A DNA stretch of 64,000 bases, from positions 13,454,001 through 13,518,000 of the forward strand of contig OZ024746.1 of assembly GCA_964016885.1 (NCBI GenBank). The letters run 5' to 3'. Below the pieces are notes generated by a model. That model worked only from the letters and a program-made list of their open reading frames with translations, did no database searches and was not told the DNA's origin. Below are positions 1 through 13,426 of this stretch, one piece after another (the stretch's first letter is position 1; every line of letters begins with the position of its first letter). The translations under genes and the position numbers were made by a program. Source of the DNA: Eledone cirrhosa. Taxonomy: Eukaryota.

Positions 1-914
1 GAATACAAACGTTAAATCATGATGATGATGTATATATATCTATATATAATGTTAAGATTCTTTTCCTACTATATCAAGCGTTAAACTAATATATTTCTAC
101 CTTGTACTGTGTCGTTTGCTTTGTTATTTCTGTTTACTTTTTGTATATACTCACACACATATATATATATTCACACACACTAGTTAATAAGCTCGCTTCG
201 CTTGCTCCCATCTAACGTTTGCGACGGGCTTGAAATGTCGTTTTTCTCAGTCTATGATTTAGTAAATAAAATATTTTATTCTATATAAATTGAATTATTA
301 TTAATATATTACAAAACAGAGTACAGGAGAGAAGAGCAGATTACTATATTCTTATTAACATTTCAATTATGATTATACATTCAATTTATATAAAATATGC
401 CTGTTCAGTTTATACAAAATACAAGTGAATTATTTTATTTATTAAATTATAAAATATTTTATTCATTCATGTCTGATTCGGTGACAGGTGCTAGTAAGTT
501 ATTAAGTTGAAGTTAGCGTTAATAAACCCTTATATAAAGACAACACCTCCACGTCTTTCATTACAGTATAAACGTCGTGAATGAAAGCAAAAGGACAAAT
601 TTACAATTTAGCTTGCAAGGGGATCAACAATCTTCTATATAATTCACATTGAACTTAGTTTTATTGAGGGAAAATATCTTTTGTGAACGTCATCGTTTCT
701 GAGCAAATGACCCAATTTCGAATTTTATTTGAAACCGCATCTTTAAGTCACAATTTCATACTCTTTAAAAACATACAGTTTTATCTAAGAAATCTTAATG
801 AAAACGATAATATGGAAATCCTTTCTCGAAGTTATGCAACTGTAACAGTTTAATTTATGTCAGACAAATAAGATAGCCATTTTCTCAGAAGACAATTTAG
901 GTGATATCATTTTA

Positions 915-1070
915 AGCAGCGAGCTGATCGAAATAGTTGAATGTTGGATTAAAATGTATTGCCAGTTTAGTTTTTTTGTGTCTCTGGGTTTCGATTCTAA
1001 ATTTGGTTTGGGTAAATTTCTTTTCGCAAGTCTGAGATTGATTTAAAATAGGAAAGATTCAATTACCTCT
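915..1070 (+). mobile_element. Decayed SINE fragment
   Basis: Head 'gcagcgagctgatcgaaatagtt..ggattaaaatg' resembles copies at 58293-58390 (+) and 41690-41830 (-); highly diverged. Confidence 0.4.
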
Positions 1071-3221
1071 ATCTCATTTTACCCTAATGCTAATGCAGAA
1101 AATCAATATTTTAAGAAACGTTTGCGTTAGAAATAAAGACAAAAGTGCTGTTAAAAGTAGGTATTATTTTTTTCGGTAAATGACTCTGTCCCAAATATTA
1201 AGTCATTAGATTCTTCCATATCGTGTGAGAATCATAATGCTAATTATAATCTTTTACGGAACTACTACGACTTCATATAATCGAAATAGATTTGTTGCTT
1301 TAACAAGTAATTTACAATTTCCACAATACAATCCCCATCTTTCCTTGACGAAACAATCAACTGTAGCTAAGTCTAGTAAAATCCAAGCAGTAATCCCAAC
1401 AAATAAATTTCCGTTCTCTCGTCTGAATAGAGGCTTTTCAGAAAATCTGACGTATAAAAAACCACCTTCACTCAACATACCTCGCAAAACCTGAAACCTT
1501 AATTGTTTCCTTTTTTAAAAATTAATTGACATAAGATTGTCTGTGAAACTGAAAGAATTAAATCGTGAAATGTGCAATTTAGCCATTTATACACATGTAT
1601 CCGGTTATATTCACTTCAGTTTTATTTTGAAACATTCTATACAGTGGTAGAGATTTCGTCGTACATCTCCGACCTGTTACTGGCACCATTTCACTTCGTC
1701 TACCACCATAGAATTGTTTCAGAATGTTTTTATTTACTTTTTACAAAAAGAGAAGAATATTGTGTATGTATAAGCAGTAACTTCCAGATTCCTTTAGCAA
1801 TTTAGAAATATAGGAAGAAAAAGTTATTTTGATAATCTTGAAATTTTGTTGACAAAACACAAAAAGCACCAATCTCATTTACGAAAAAGTACTTATTTCA
1901 GACAAAATAAAATTTCCCTAGTTTATTTGCGAAAAAAAAAGGACTTTCTTTTAATCACTCAAGTAGATAAATCGTCTCGTTGTTCTCTATTTATTTGGAT
2001 TTAGCAGATAAAATTCAGATTACTCAAGAACTGTTTAATTATTAAAATCATACTTTAATGCGGAAAACATTTCTCGGTTATTCAGCTGTTCGAAAATATA
2101 TCTCCGTATATGTCTAAAAATATTATAAGTAAAACCAAGATTTTCATAGAAGGATAGATTAGTTTTAACCTAATAATATTTAAACTATTACGACCTAATT
2201 TAAAGTGAGTAGTTTGACATAATTTCATTCCCCGCCCATCAATTTTGGTCGACTGAGATACGTTACAGGGGAGATAATTCTTGTCTTAAAAACAAAATGT
2301 CTATCTCGCGTGTAATTGATTTTCGAGAGGAAAAAAAATCGCACGCAGTCATTTTAACACTAAATACCTCAGTTTATTTTTGCTTTTATTAAACATTTAA
2401 CTGGATTTGATATTTAAGCAGCATTAAATATCAAAAGGAAAGAAAAATGAATTGATATGATGTGTTGAACAAAAAATATATATTCAATTATATAACTGTT
2501 TATTATTACAATTTAGATAGAAGGTCAAATATTTGTTGTTGTTGTTATTTTTTTTCCGTCTGATTCTTTATTTTATAAATATAAGGCATTCGACGAAATT
2601 ACTGAATACTTAAAAAAAAACAAACAAAAAATAATAATAAACTAGTCCGAGGCTTCAACATATAACATATCAGTTAAATGTGTTGTGATTATAACATGTA
2701 CAGGGAAATAACTAATATTTTTTTCTCAAAATAATAAAATCACATTATAAGGGAGGAAAAAAAGAAAGAATTATTCACATACACACATATATTGATCTGG
2801 TTTCATTATATTTCTTTCTTTCTTTTTTGATACAATATTAACCTTGAGCCGGTGATTTAATCATCCACTGATTGATGCAGATTATTTTTTTTACGTAAAG
2901 ACCTGCCCTACTACATCAACGATATATGTAGAAAACCTTATTTGTTCCTTTTTACTTTCTCTCATATGGAGCAATACAAATATTTCTGTTCTCTAAAGAG
3001 ATGTTGAAATTTGGTTTTAAAACAATATTTCTCATCATATAATGTAATTGGTCTGGAATAGCAGCACAATGACTATCGTTGAAATTTTTTTCCATTGCAT
3101 TAAGTGAAATTTAATTATTTCAACAGAATTGCACAAGCGTGCGAGCACACACACACTACCAATTTCTTATGAGTGAAATTTGGTTGACAGAGACTATGCG
3201 GAAGCCCGTCGTGTGTGTATG

Positions 3222-3417
3222 CAGACCTGTCAACTCTCCCCGCCCGACGCGGAGATCTCACACCCATTTTGGGGTGGATGAAAGATGTTTTCTTTTGTGA
3301 AAATGGGTATAGCTTTCACTATGTAAAATCTCCCCGTTTTGCCTCATTTCCTCCCTATTTGGGGCACTTATTTTTTCACCGTAGTCCCCGCTTGGGTTGT
3401 AGAGGTTGGCAGGTCTG
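3222..3417. mobile_element. MITE (hAT-like TIRs), 196 bp, inserted in a (TG)n tract of a SINE remnant
   Basis: TIRs CAGACCTGTCAAC (3222) and GTTGGCAGGTCTG (ends 3417); GC-rich interior; TSD unresolved inside the microsatellite. Confidence 0.7.
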
Positions 3418-3874
3418 GTGTGTGTGTATATATATATATACATCATCATCATCATCATTATCATCCAACATACATTTTCTGCTAGCATACGCACGCGTGT
3501 GTGTGTCCGTTCGTGCCTGTGTTTATATAAGCCACTCCTAGCAGTTGGTCAAAAAGAGATCGATAAAATTACCAAAATTAAAGAAAAGAATCTCAAGGTG
3601 GTGCCCCAGCATGCCCGCAGTCTACTGACTGACATTGTGAAATATTGCACACGTAACCCCCCCCCCCCCCAAAAAAAAAACGAAATATGTAAAACAAATG
3701 AACAAAAGCATCCACCTCTTGCGCAATGCAATCCCATGCTTAAGGGTGGTATTGCACAATGGCTTAGAACAAGATATATATATATTTATGTGTGTGTGTA
3801 TCACCATGTATTTCTTTCACTGTTTCAACATAACTTAGCAATTCAACAAAAACAGACCAATAGTACTAACTAAA

Positions 3875-4078
3875 CCCTTTAACATTTACATTATTCTATA
3901 TTTACTATTGTATTTTCATGGTAAAGGCTTTATCTCACATAATATTGAATCTACCAGACTTTGATATTTATTTTGAGAACAATATCTTAACACAAGTCTC
4001 AGCAGCCAGTTGTGGTTGGTTTGAACAGAAAGAGATGGGAAAATTCTGGCCGGATGTGGGTGATTTAATGTTAAAGGG
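3875..4078. mobile_element. piggyBac-type MITE, family A
   Basis: CCCTTTAACATTTA ... TTAATGTTAAAGGG termini, degenerate TTAA flanks; homologous to 32989-33170, 34623-34815, 53113-53308, 55773-55978. Confidence 0.75.
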
Positions 4079-4499
4079 TCAAGATACTGCCTAATCATGG
4101 CCCCCAGGCCAAGATGTGAAATATTAGTGTTCATGAATCAGTTCACAAGAGAGAAGGTCGTGTTGATTTGGATGCCTCTTTCTCTAAATGACCATTGAAC
4201 TGAGTGGGCTGGGTGGTTTTTGTTGTCACCTGCACAACCCCCTTACAAGGTGGACTTGGTGTTTTTTTTTGTTGTCATGGCAGCATTATGGGAGGTGGAG
4301 AGAGAGCAGACTTGGAGTGTGTCCAGCTTTGCGTGCATGGGTTGAACAGGACAGGAGAATTACCTCAGGAGTATGAAGGTGGGGAGGGTAGGGAGTATGC
4401 AAATTGGATATGGATGGGGGTGAGTGGGATATTTAGCTAGTGAGAATAGGGTATTAAGACAGGAAAAGTATATGGGGTAGGGAGATAGTTGGTGCAGAC

Positions 4500-5460
4500 T
4501 AGTGTTCTCTACATGTTTGTTTCAGAGCAAGGCCATTTCCTTGAAGAGATCTGGGCCCTGCTTTCCTTTCTACTTACTAGAACTTTAGTCTTTGCCAAGT
4601 TGACTTTAAGACCTTTTGGTTCCAAGCTATGCTTCCAGGTCAGGAATTTCTTTAATTCTGGCATAGATTCAGCCGAGGATTAGATTGTCAGCATATAGTT
4701 TCCATGGGCAGCCAGTATTAAACTCTCCTGTTATAGCTTGCAGGATGATAATAAACAGGAGAGGGCTAAGAACAGACCCTTGATAGACCCCATTTGCACA
4801 CTAAATTCCTCACTATAATCAGTGTTAATTCTAACCTTGCTGAGTACTCCTCTGTACATGGCTTGTACTGCTCTCACAAGCCACTCATCTACCCCTAGTC
4901 TTCTAAGAACCCACCAGATTATGGAGCTAGAGACTCTGTTAAATGCTTTTTTCAGGTAAATGAATGCCAAGTAGAGGAGCTTAATTTTAGCTTGGTAATT
5001 CTCCTGAAGTTGTCTCACAAGGAAAAGGGCACCAGTGGTCCTTTTACCAGGTACAAATCCGAACTGTCTCATTTAGGCTAATCCAGTCTCTAATCATCTG
5101 TGCAATAACACACTGTAACTTTCATGACCTGGTCCATCAACTTGATACCTCTATAGTTTCCTGTTTAATGCCTCCTTTGCCCTTGTAGCAGTTGATGATA
5201 ATGCTGCTACGCCAGTCATTAAGTATGACACCATGTTGCATTACTTGGTTGACGATACAGATGGTGTCACCTACCTCCCAGATACTCTCAGCAACTGCCC
5301 CTGATAGTTCAGCTGATTTATCTGTCTTCACATCCTTAATTGCCTTACTAGGCTGCTGCTGACTTGTATGGCTGGTCTCTCTGTTGGGTTAACTTGGGGT
5401 AAATTATCTTTCTACCATATGTTCTCTTTTTTCGGCAGTCTCTCATAATGGCATTTCCAT
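4500..5460 (-). mobile_element. RTE-clade LINE ORF2 (RT) remnant
   Basis: Peptides QFGFVPGKRTTGALFLVRQLQE, YLAFIYLKKAFNRV, DWRSSIIINCYKGKG are RTE reverse transcriptase motifs; frameshifted. Confidence 0.9.
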
Positions 5461-6174
5461 GCTATAATCTATCAAAATCTTTCCAGTCATTATACATATA
5501 TATACACACACATCAAGGAATTGGTCAGCCTGAGGCTAGAGTAGAAAACACCTTCTCAAGGTACCACATAGTGGGGACAAACCTGAAACTACATGGATGC
5601 ATAAATGTTTTAACTACACAGAATTGTGTGTGCTTTATCATTTAATATCCATTTTCCATGCTTGCATGGGTTAGACAGGTTGTTATGTTATGGGACAATA
5701 AACATACCAGTTTATTTTTCACTTCAGTTTTATTAATCAGGTAATTAATCCACCAGTCCATTGGGTAATAAACTAAGTAATAAATTGTCAAAGTCCTTTC
5801 ATCACAGTTATGTGACCTTATCAATGACTGTTGAACTATTACAAGAACATTAGTAGCATTATATTAATGTTATCAAGTTTATAGTAAGTTCATTTTTCTC
5901 CAACTGTGAACATTTATAAGATCTTTTAATATTGTATATTGTAAAGATACTATGTAACTCAACTTAATTTAAGAGCAATCGACAATTGACATAGAAGCAT
6001 TTAGGAACAAGGAAAAATAATCAAATACATTCCTCTATTTTATACTTTTCTTGATATTGAAATTGGATTCAGAGAACACTTGTAATGGAGTATTTTTATT
6101 GGTTCTAAAATGTAGTTAATTTAGCAATAGTATAATATCATGCGACAACAGCAATGATAATGAAGTGTGAAGTG

Positions 6175-6597
6175 CGATATGGCATGGTAGTGAGACACAG
6201 GCAGTGAATGCAGAGGACAGAGGATACATGAAGGCTGGAGAGAAATGAAGTGAGCATGCTTTGATGGATGTACAATGTTAATTTGCATGAACAACGAAAC
6301 ATGGATAAACTGAGAGAAAAACTAGGTATAAGGAAAATCAGATGTAGTGTGCAAAAGAGAAGACTGTGCTGGTATGGACATGTGATGATGATGGAAAGAA
6401 CCTGCAGTAGAGGACCTCACCACCTCCACCCAAGGAAGACCTGGGTGAAGGTGGTGAGAGCTGATCTTAAATTGCTGACATTCACAGAGATGCTGAAGGT
6501 AGGCAACAAGTGGAGGGATGTTGTGCTAGAAAATACCTGACTAAGCCATGCAAGTATGGAAAAGCAGATCTAAAAGGGTATAATGATGATAATGATG
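6175..6597 (+). mobile_element. RTE LINE 3' end
   Basis: LREKLGIRKIRCSVQKRRLCWYGHVM..PRKTW..VVRADL, then catgcaagtatggaaaag and a (GAT)n-like tail. Confidence 0.9.
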
Positions 6598-6686
6598 AAT
6601 GATCTCTGCTATGTTAAAAAATTAAAGCACAAAAATTCAAAAGTTTGATCAGTCAATTTTATTGCTAGTTTGTTGTTTGTGTGTTT

Positions 6687-9600
6687 GTAATACACATATG
6701 TACTGTTAGATATATATGTATATGGCACTAGTAATACACATGTGTACTGTTAGATATATATGTATATGGCACTAGTAATACACATGTGTACTGTTAGATA
6801 TATATGTATATGGCACTAGTAATACACATGTGTACTGTTAGATATATATGTATATGGCACTAGTAATACATATGTGTGTACTGTTAGATATATATGTATA
6901 TGGCACTAGTAATACACATATGTATTGTTAGATATATATGTATATGGCACTAGTAATACACATATGTACTGTTAGATATAAATGTATATGGCACTAGTAA
7001 TACATATGTGTGTACTGTTAGATATATATGTATATGGCACTAGTAATACACATGTGTACTGTTAGATATATATGTATATGGCACTAGTAATACACATATG
7101 TACTGTTAGATATATATGTATATGGCACTAGTAATACACATGTGTGTACTGTTAGATATATATGTATATGGCACTAGTAATACACATATGTACTGTTAGA
7201 TATAAATGTATATGGCACTAGTAATACATATGTGTGTACTGTTAGATATATATGTATATGGCACTAGTAATACATATGTGTGTACTGTTAGATATATATG
7301 TATATGGCACTAGTAATACACATGTATGTACTGTTAGATATATATGTATATGGCACTAGTAATACACATGTGTACTGTTAGATATATATGTATATGGCAC
7401 TAGTAATACACATGTGTACTGTTAGATATATATGTATATGGCACTAGTAATACATATGTACTGTTAGATATATATGTATATGGCACTAGTAATACACATG
7501 TGTACTGTTAGATATATATGTATATGGCACTAGTAATACACATATGTACTGTTAGATATATATGTATATGGCACTAGTAATACACATGTGTACTGTTAGA
7601 TATATATGTATATGGCACTAGTAATACACATGTGTACTGTTAGATATATATGTATATGGCACTAGTAATACACGTATGTACTGTTAGATATATATGTATA
7701 TGGCACTAGTAATACACATATGTACTGTTAGATATATATGTATATGGCACTAGTAATACACATATGTACTGTTAGATATATATGTATATGGCACTAGTAA
7801 TACATATGTACTGTTAGATATATATGTATATGGCACTAGTAATACACATATGTACTGTTAGATATATATGTATATGGCACTAGTAATACACATGTGTACT
7901 GTTAGATATATATGTATATGGCACTAGTAATACACATGTGTACTGTTAGATATATATGTATATGGCACTAGTAATACACATATGTACTGTTAGATATATA
8001 TGTATATGGCACTAGTAATACACATGTGTACTGTTAGATATATATGTATATGGCACTAGTAATACACATGTGTACTGTTAGATATATATGTATATGGCAC
8101 TAGTAATACACATATGTACTGTTAGATATATATGTATATGGCACTAGTAATACACATATGTACTGTTAGATATATATGTATATGGCACTAGTAATACATA
8201 TGTGTGTACTGTTAGATATAAATGTATATGGCACTAGTAATACATATGTGTGTACTGTTAGATATATATGTATATGGCACTAGTAATACACATGTATGTA
8301 CTGTTAGATATATATGTATATGGCACTAGTAATACACATATGTACTGTTAGATATATATGTATATGGCACTAGTAATACACATGTATGTACTGTTAGATA
8401 TATATGTATATGGCACTAGTAATACACATATGTACTGTTAGATATATATGTATATGGCACTAGTAATACATATGTGTACTGTTAGATATATATGTATATG
8501 GCACTAGTAATACACATGTATGTACTGTTAGATATATATGTATATGGCACTAGTAATACATATGTACTGTTAGATATATATGTATATGGCACTAGTAATA
8601 CATATGTACTGTTAGATATATATGTATATGGCACTAGTAATACACATATGTACTGTTAGATATATATGTATATGGCACTAGTAATACACATGTGTACTGT
8701 TAGATATATATGTATATGGCACTAGTAATACACATGTGTACTGTTAGATATATATGGCACTAGTAATACATATGTGTGTACTGTTAGATATATATGTATA
8801 TGGCACTAGTAATACACATATGTAATGTTAGATATATATGTATATGGCACTAGTAATACACATATGTACTGTTAGATATATATGTATATGGCACTAGTAA
8901 TACACATATGTACTGTTAGATATATATGTATATGGCACTAGTAATACACATATGTAATGTTAGATATATATGTATATGGCACTAGTAATACACATGTGTA
9001 CTGTTAGATATATATGTATATGGCACTAGTAATACACATGTGTACTGTTAGATATATATGTATATGGCACTAGTAATACACATATGTACTGTTAGATATA
9101 TATGTATATGGCACTAGTAATACACATATGTACTGTTAGATATATATGTATATGGCACTAGTAATACACATATGTACTGTTAGATATATATGTATATGGC
9201 ACTAGTAATACACATATGTACTGTTAGATATATATGTATATGGCACTAGTAATACACATGTGTACTGTTAGATATATATGTATATGGCACTAGTAATACA
9301 CATATGTACTGTTAGATATATATGTATATGGCACTAGTAATACACATATGTATTGTTAGATATATATGTATATGGCACTAGTAATACACATATGTACTGT
9401 TAGATATATATGTATATGGCACTAGTAATACATATGTGTGTACTGTTAGATATATATGTATATGGCACTAGTAATACATATGTGTGTACTGTTAGATATA
9501 TATGTATATGGCACTAGTAATACATATGTGTGTACTGTTAGATATATATGTATATGGCACTAGTAATACACATGTGTACTGTTAGATATATATGTATATG

Positions 9601-9876
9601 GCACTAGTAATACACATATGTACTGTTAGATATATATGTATATGGCACTAGTAATACACATATGTACTGTTAGATATATATGTATATGGCACTAGTAATA
9701 CATATGTACTGTTAGATATATATGTATATGGCACTAGTAATACACATATGTACTGTTAGATATATATGTATATGGCACTAGTAATACACATGTGTACTGT
9801 TAGATATATATGTATATGGCACTAGTAATACACATGTGTGTACTGTTAGATATATATGTATATGGCACTAGTAATA
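6687..9876. repeat. Tandem satellite, ~44-bp unit, roughly 70 copies
   Basis: Consensus TACACATATGTACTGTTAGATATATATGTATATGGCACTAGTAA; most units are 42-46 bp, varying mainly in the CA/TA/TG segment. Confidence 0.98.
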
Positions 9877-9899
9877 AACCAAAGTACGGAAACCAATAT

Positions 9900-10670
9900 A
9901 TCAAACAAGTGCACCAGAACAGAATGGTTATGAAATGTCTGAATATCTGAGAGTGAAGCTCATGGTAGTTCTTGTCTAAGTTTAATGTTGCTCTACTAGT
10001 TAAAGGTATGATTGTTAAGCTGGTTGCTTTTCCGTTAGGTGGTATCTGGGTTGTGAACAAAACTCTACCTAAATCAATGATTTCCTAGTTGGTCCTCTGT
10101 CCATCACTGATATGCTAACTACATTGTGGCTACTGGTATCTTTACTGATGTATTATTGCACCCGTGGGATGCCATACTCAACAACCAATGGTAACGATGA
10201 CACTAAATCAACTATCTTCTACTTTGTCACAGAGTTACATGTTAATACTTCATCTAGTAAGTTCCTTATTGGTCCAAAAAGTTATGATGTAGACATGTCT
10301 ACTGGCACCTGTGCAGATAATAGGCTGTTGCACCTGTTGATTAGTAAGAAATGTGCTGTTGACACTAGTTTGTCTGATGTTAAGGAACTGTTTACAAAAG
10401 AAAACGGTTAATTTGTGAATCTATGTCCGAGTCACTGTGGTACCATGAATATAAAGAGGTATATATAACAACTTCATCACTAACTTATAGGGTGTATTTC
10501 AGTCAGTAGCTATTTATGACTGAAGTCATATCTGATATTGAGAAGGAAATTCCATCTATCTAATGTTGCCTTGGCTATACATAGCTCCTAAGAAACATTG
10601 GTATAAGATTTGTTGGGAAAAAGATAGAGCAATAGAATTGATCTCCATTGGTTTTGATGAGTTCCAGTTG
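9900..10670 (+). mobile_element. Very decayed LTR-retrotransposon pol (BEL/Pao-like) remnant
   Basis: Fragments NDFLVGPL, TSSSKFL, SYDVDMSTG, DVKELF occur in the order of BEL/Pao RT motifs (LNDxLxxGPxL, SSPFL, YVDD); weak. Confidence 0.35.
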
Positions 10671-10865
10671 TTCAGTCAACAGAACAGTCCGTCTATGAAG
10701 TTAATGTGTAAGTGGCTGAGCATTCCACAGACATATGTACCCTTAAAATAATTTTTAAGGAGATACAGTGTGACACAGTGACAAGGCTGACCCGAGGCTA
10801 TGATAAATGACACACAGTGGGTTTGAATCCGGGACGTAATGACTGCGGCCATTTGGCCATAACTT
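10670..10865 (-). mobile_element. tRNA-derived SINE fragment
   Basis: Shares 'tcaacagaacag..gtaagtggctgagcattccacagac..gtgacaaggctg' with 42900-43155. Confidence 0.8.
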
Positions 10866-11204
10866 TTCATTGGATGTTTTTGATGTCTCTCTTTATGAAG
10901 GATATACATATCTTTACAATTAAATGTTTCTGAAGATTATTTGAGAAACTTAGGATAGGTTTGTTAAAATGTAAAAATTGTGACAATGATAAGGCCATTA
11001 ATTTAGAGACAGATTTTGAAAGAGACAAGATAATCCTGATTTAAAGTTGATAGAATGGGCAATGAACAGAACTCTATTAACAAGTGTTTGTAACACTGCC
11101 TTAACAAGAACCTCCCTCTCAGTCATATGATACAGAGTTGAAAGTATTGCTGACATCAGTTCAAGAAGCATTAAGTTTATCTAGTTCTATCTAATTATAG
11201 TTAT

Positions 11205-11437
11205 AGGCATGTGGTTAGAATGTCTCAGGAAATTGCTGGACAGATTTTACGGGCAAAACCAACCGGCAAGACACCCAGGGGTAGATCCTAAGCAAGCTGG
11301 TTGGATAACACCCATGGTTTCACTTGGGGATCCAGTTGGATCAGTCGGAGACAGTTGCTTCTGACAGGACCCGCTGGAAGGAGAGTTTGAGGATTCTGCC
11401 CCTACAACCCTCTCAGGAATAAGTGGGCAAAGAAGGG
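11205..11437 (+). mobile_element. RTE (Expander/Rex3-like) LINE 3' end
   Basis: VVRMSQ..QILRAKPTGKTPRGR..W.D C-terminal pattern; a second copy lies at 35258-35445. Confidence 0.75.
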
Positions 11438-13158
11438 AATTCATTTGAGCAAGCACAATAAAACATTAAGAATACTATCTAAAAAACAAATAGTTTTTGT
11501 TGTTGAATTTTAATCAAATACTTTAAAATCTCACCTGTGTATTTTCTGTAATTCATTCTAAAATAAGTATATTTGTACATACATACACTCAGTCATTTTA
11601 ATATGCTTCAACCCATGTCTTAAATATGCATTTCTGAAACTAAAAAAAAAATGGGTTTACTTATAGTTACTTAGGTTGATTCAAAGACATTTTTGTTTGA
11701 TGGATGCACTTGGTATCTAAATATGAAAGGTGCCCCTTAACCATCCTCCAAAAACAACAAAAACGTGTAGTTTAAAACAAATGTAAACTGCTTTGAGTTG
11801 TCTGGTGCCTCCAAGAAAGTATTCTAGACATCTTTTCAATCTTTACACGATTATAAAGATAATTTTGTTAACATATTTGAATATAAAAAGCCATTTAAAA
11901 AAAATCTTCATTTATATGTAACATAATTCTTTTCCGGTGTTAAGTGCCAGAATAAGCTGGAAAGGCCAATTAAAACATATGCTAAAATCAATTTTCAGTT
12001 GAAAAATTGACCATTATCTAATATATGGGAATACAAAGCAACCGTCTTAAAAATTGATGTATTTAATGGTTTTCAGAGTAAAGGGGTTTAGTGGATAAAG
12101 AATTAGAACCTGTTGGGTCATTTAGTTATCTTCAATAAGAAACTTTCAGGGGAATATAATCTATTGGATTCTGTGAAGTCAATATTTTACCAATAAGAAG
12201 GCAATAAATTATAAAACAAAGTGCATCGTGTCTAAGAATGTTCGTAAGGGAATGGAGGAAGTCATTGTACCGAGGGCGGAGATAATGAGGTAGAATCGTT
12301 ACGGTAACTATTAAACATTAAATACAAGAGTCCAGTATCACGTAACTATCTTGTCCTAAACAGCACCCTCTCTTATTTCCTTTAAAAACAAAATTTCAAC
12401 TCATTTCCGATATTTTTCTATCCGATTCCTATTGTAAGATAAAACAGTTTTCATTGATTTAAGATTTTTTCCTACTTTTTGACTTTTTTTCATTATTAGA
12501 TGGGATCACATTCATATTATTTTGGGGATATGTTTATTTTCATCTTAGATATAGATTTATGAATATAAACCTTACCATTATAAAAACAGAATAAGAAAAC
12601 CCATTTAAGAGTTACCAAAATTCAGTAAAAAGTTAAGTCTTAAGAAAAACGAAAGAGATTAAACAAGATCGTTTACCACACAATATTAGACCTAAAATGT
12701 CTATTGCAAACGATAGCACTAGAAGAAAGTGATATTTTCCATTGTAGAATGTTTGTAATGTAGATAATAAGAAACAATAGAATTTATTCAAGTTAGTCAA
12801 ATAAAAGTTGAAAATTAATATGTTGGATTTTTTTAAAGTTAAGGACCAAAAGAGTTTTCTTTTTGTCTTTATGAATGAGTCCACCCTTTCTTTTATGAAA
12901 ATCAATATCGTATTTCAAAAGAGTGTTTGCATTATTTAAAATATACTTTTAAGTAAGCAATAATACTATATCAACGAAATCACGACTTATAGGATACCTG
13001 ATAACAACACAAGACAACATCAATGATATATTTATAAATATTGATTTAGAAGCGATATATTTTCGGTAAGAAAACTATAGGAAATTTAAAAAGACGAGTC
13101 ATTGATTACGCCCCTTGAATTTTCTGCTGAATACTCCACTCAAAACAATAAAGCTGAA

Positions 13159-13386
13159 TCACGTGACTAATTAATTTACAAGAATATAAGAAGTTTTATT
13201 GAAAATAGCTTCATTTTTTATTTATAAAAATATTTTAAAATTTTGAAATTAAAGAATAAATTAACTAGGTTTATTCCTTCCTAATGAATTTTTAACCAAA
13301 ATTCTTTATGAAGAGATCTTTTTCCCGCTAAAACCCTCTTCATAATATCCCGGATGTGATTCTGACGCATGCGCAAAGAGGTCAGT
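13159..13386 (+). promoter_or_regulatory. HP1 core promoter (TATA-less, CpG-retaining)
   Basis: E-box TCACGTGAC 13159, E2F-type TTTCCCGC 13321, ETS-type CCGGATGT 13350, NRF1-type ACGCATGCGCA 13365, Inr-like TCAGT 13382; YY1-type CAAAATGGCG at 13567 in intron 1. Confidence 0.7.
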
Positions 13387-13426
13387 AATAGACGTTCAAA
13401 TAGCAAAGGAGTGATATACCTTCCAG
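13384..13426 (+). other. HP1: HP1 non-coding exon 1 (5' UTR; start approximate)
   Basis: Follows the promoter motifs and ends at the donor CCAG|GTATGT (GT at 13427). Confidence 0.6.

Noticed and set aside
1640-1700. Hammerhead ribozyme in the hairpin (stem followed by GAAA on the - strand)
   Set aside because: The CUGANGA core is absent.
3215-3873. Overlapping ORFs up to 155 aa
   Set aside because: They run through a MITE, a SINE and microsatellites; low complexity.
6687-9876. CRISPR-like repeat/spacer array
   Set aside because: The variable parts are 6-10 nt slippage variants of one motif, not unique spacers; no cas genes; eukaryotic context.
12238-12303. Upstream + strand HP1 exon (GC-rich patch ending CG|gtaact)
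   Set aside because: Both ATG frames stop before the donor; no promoter or acceptor support.
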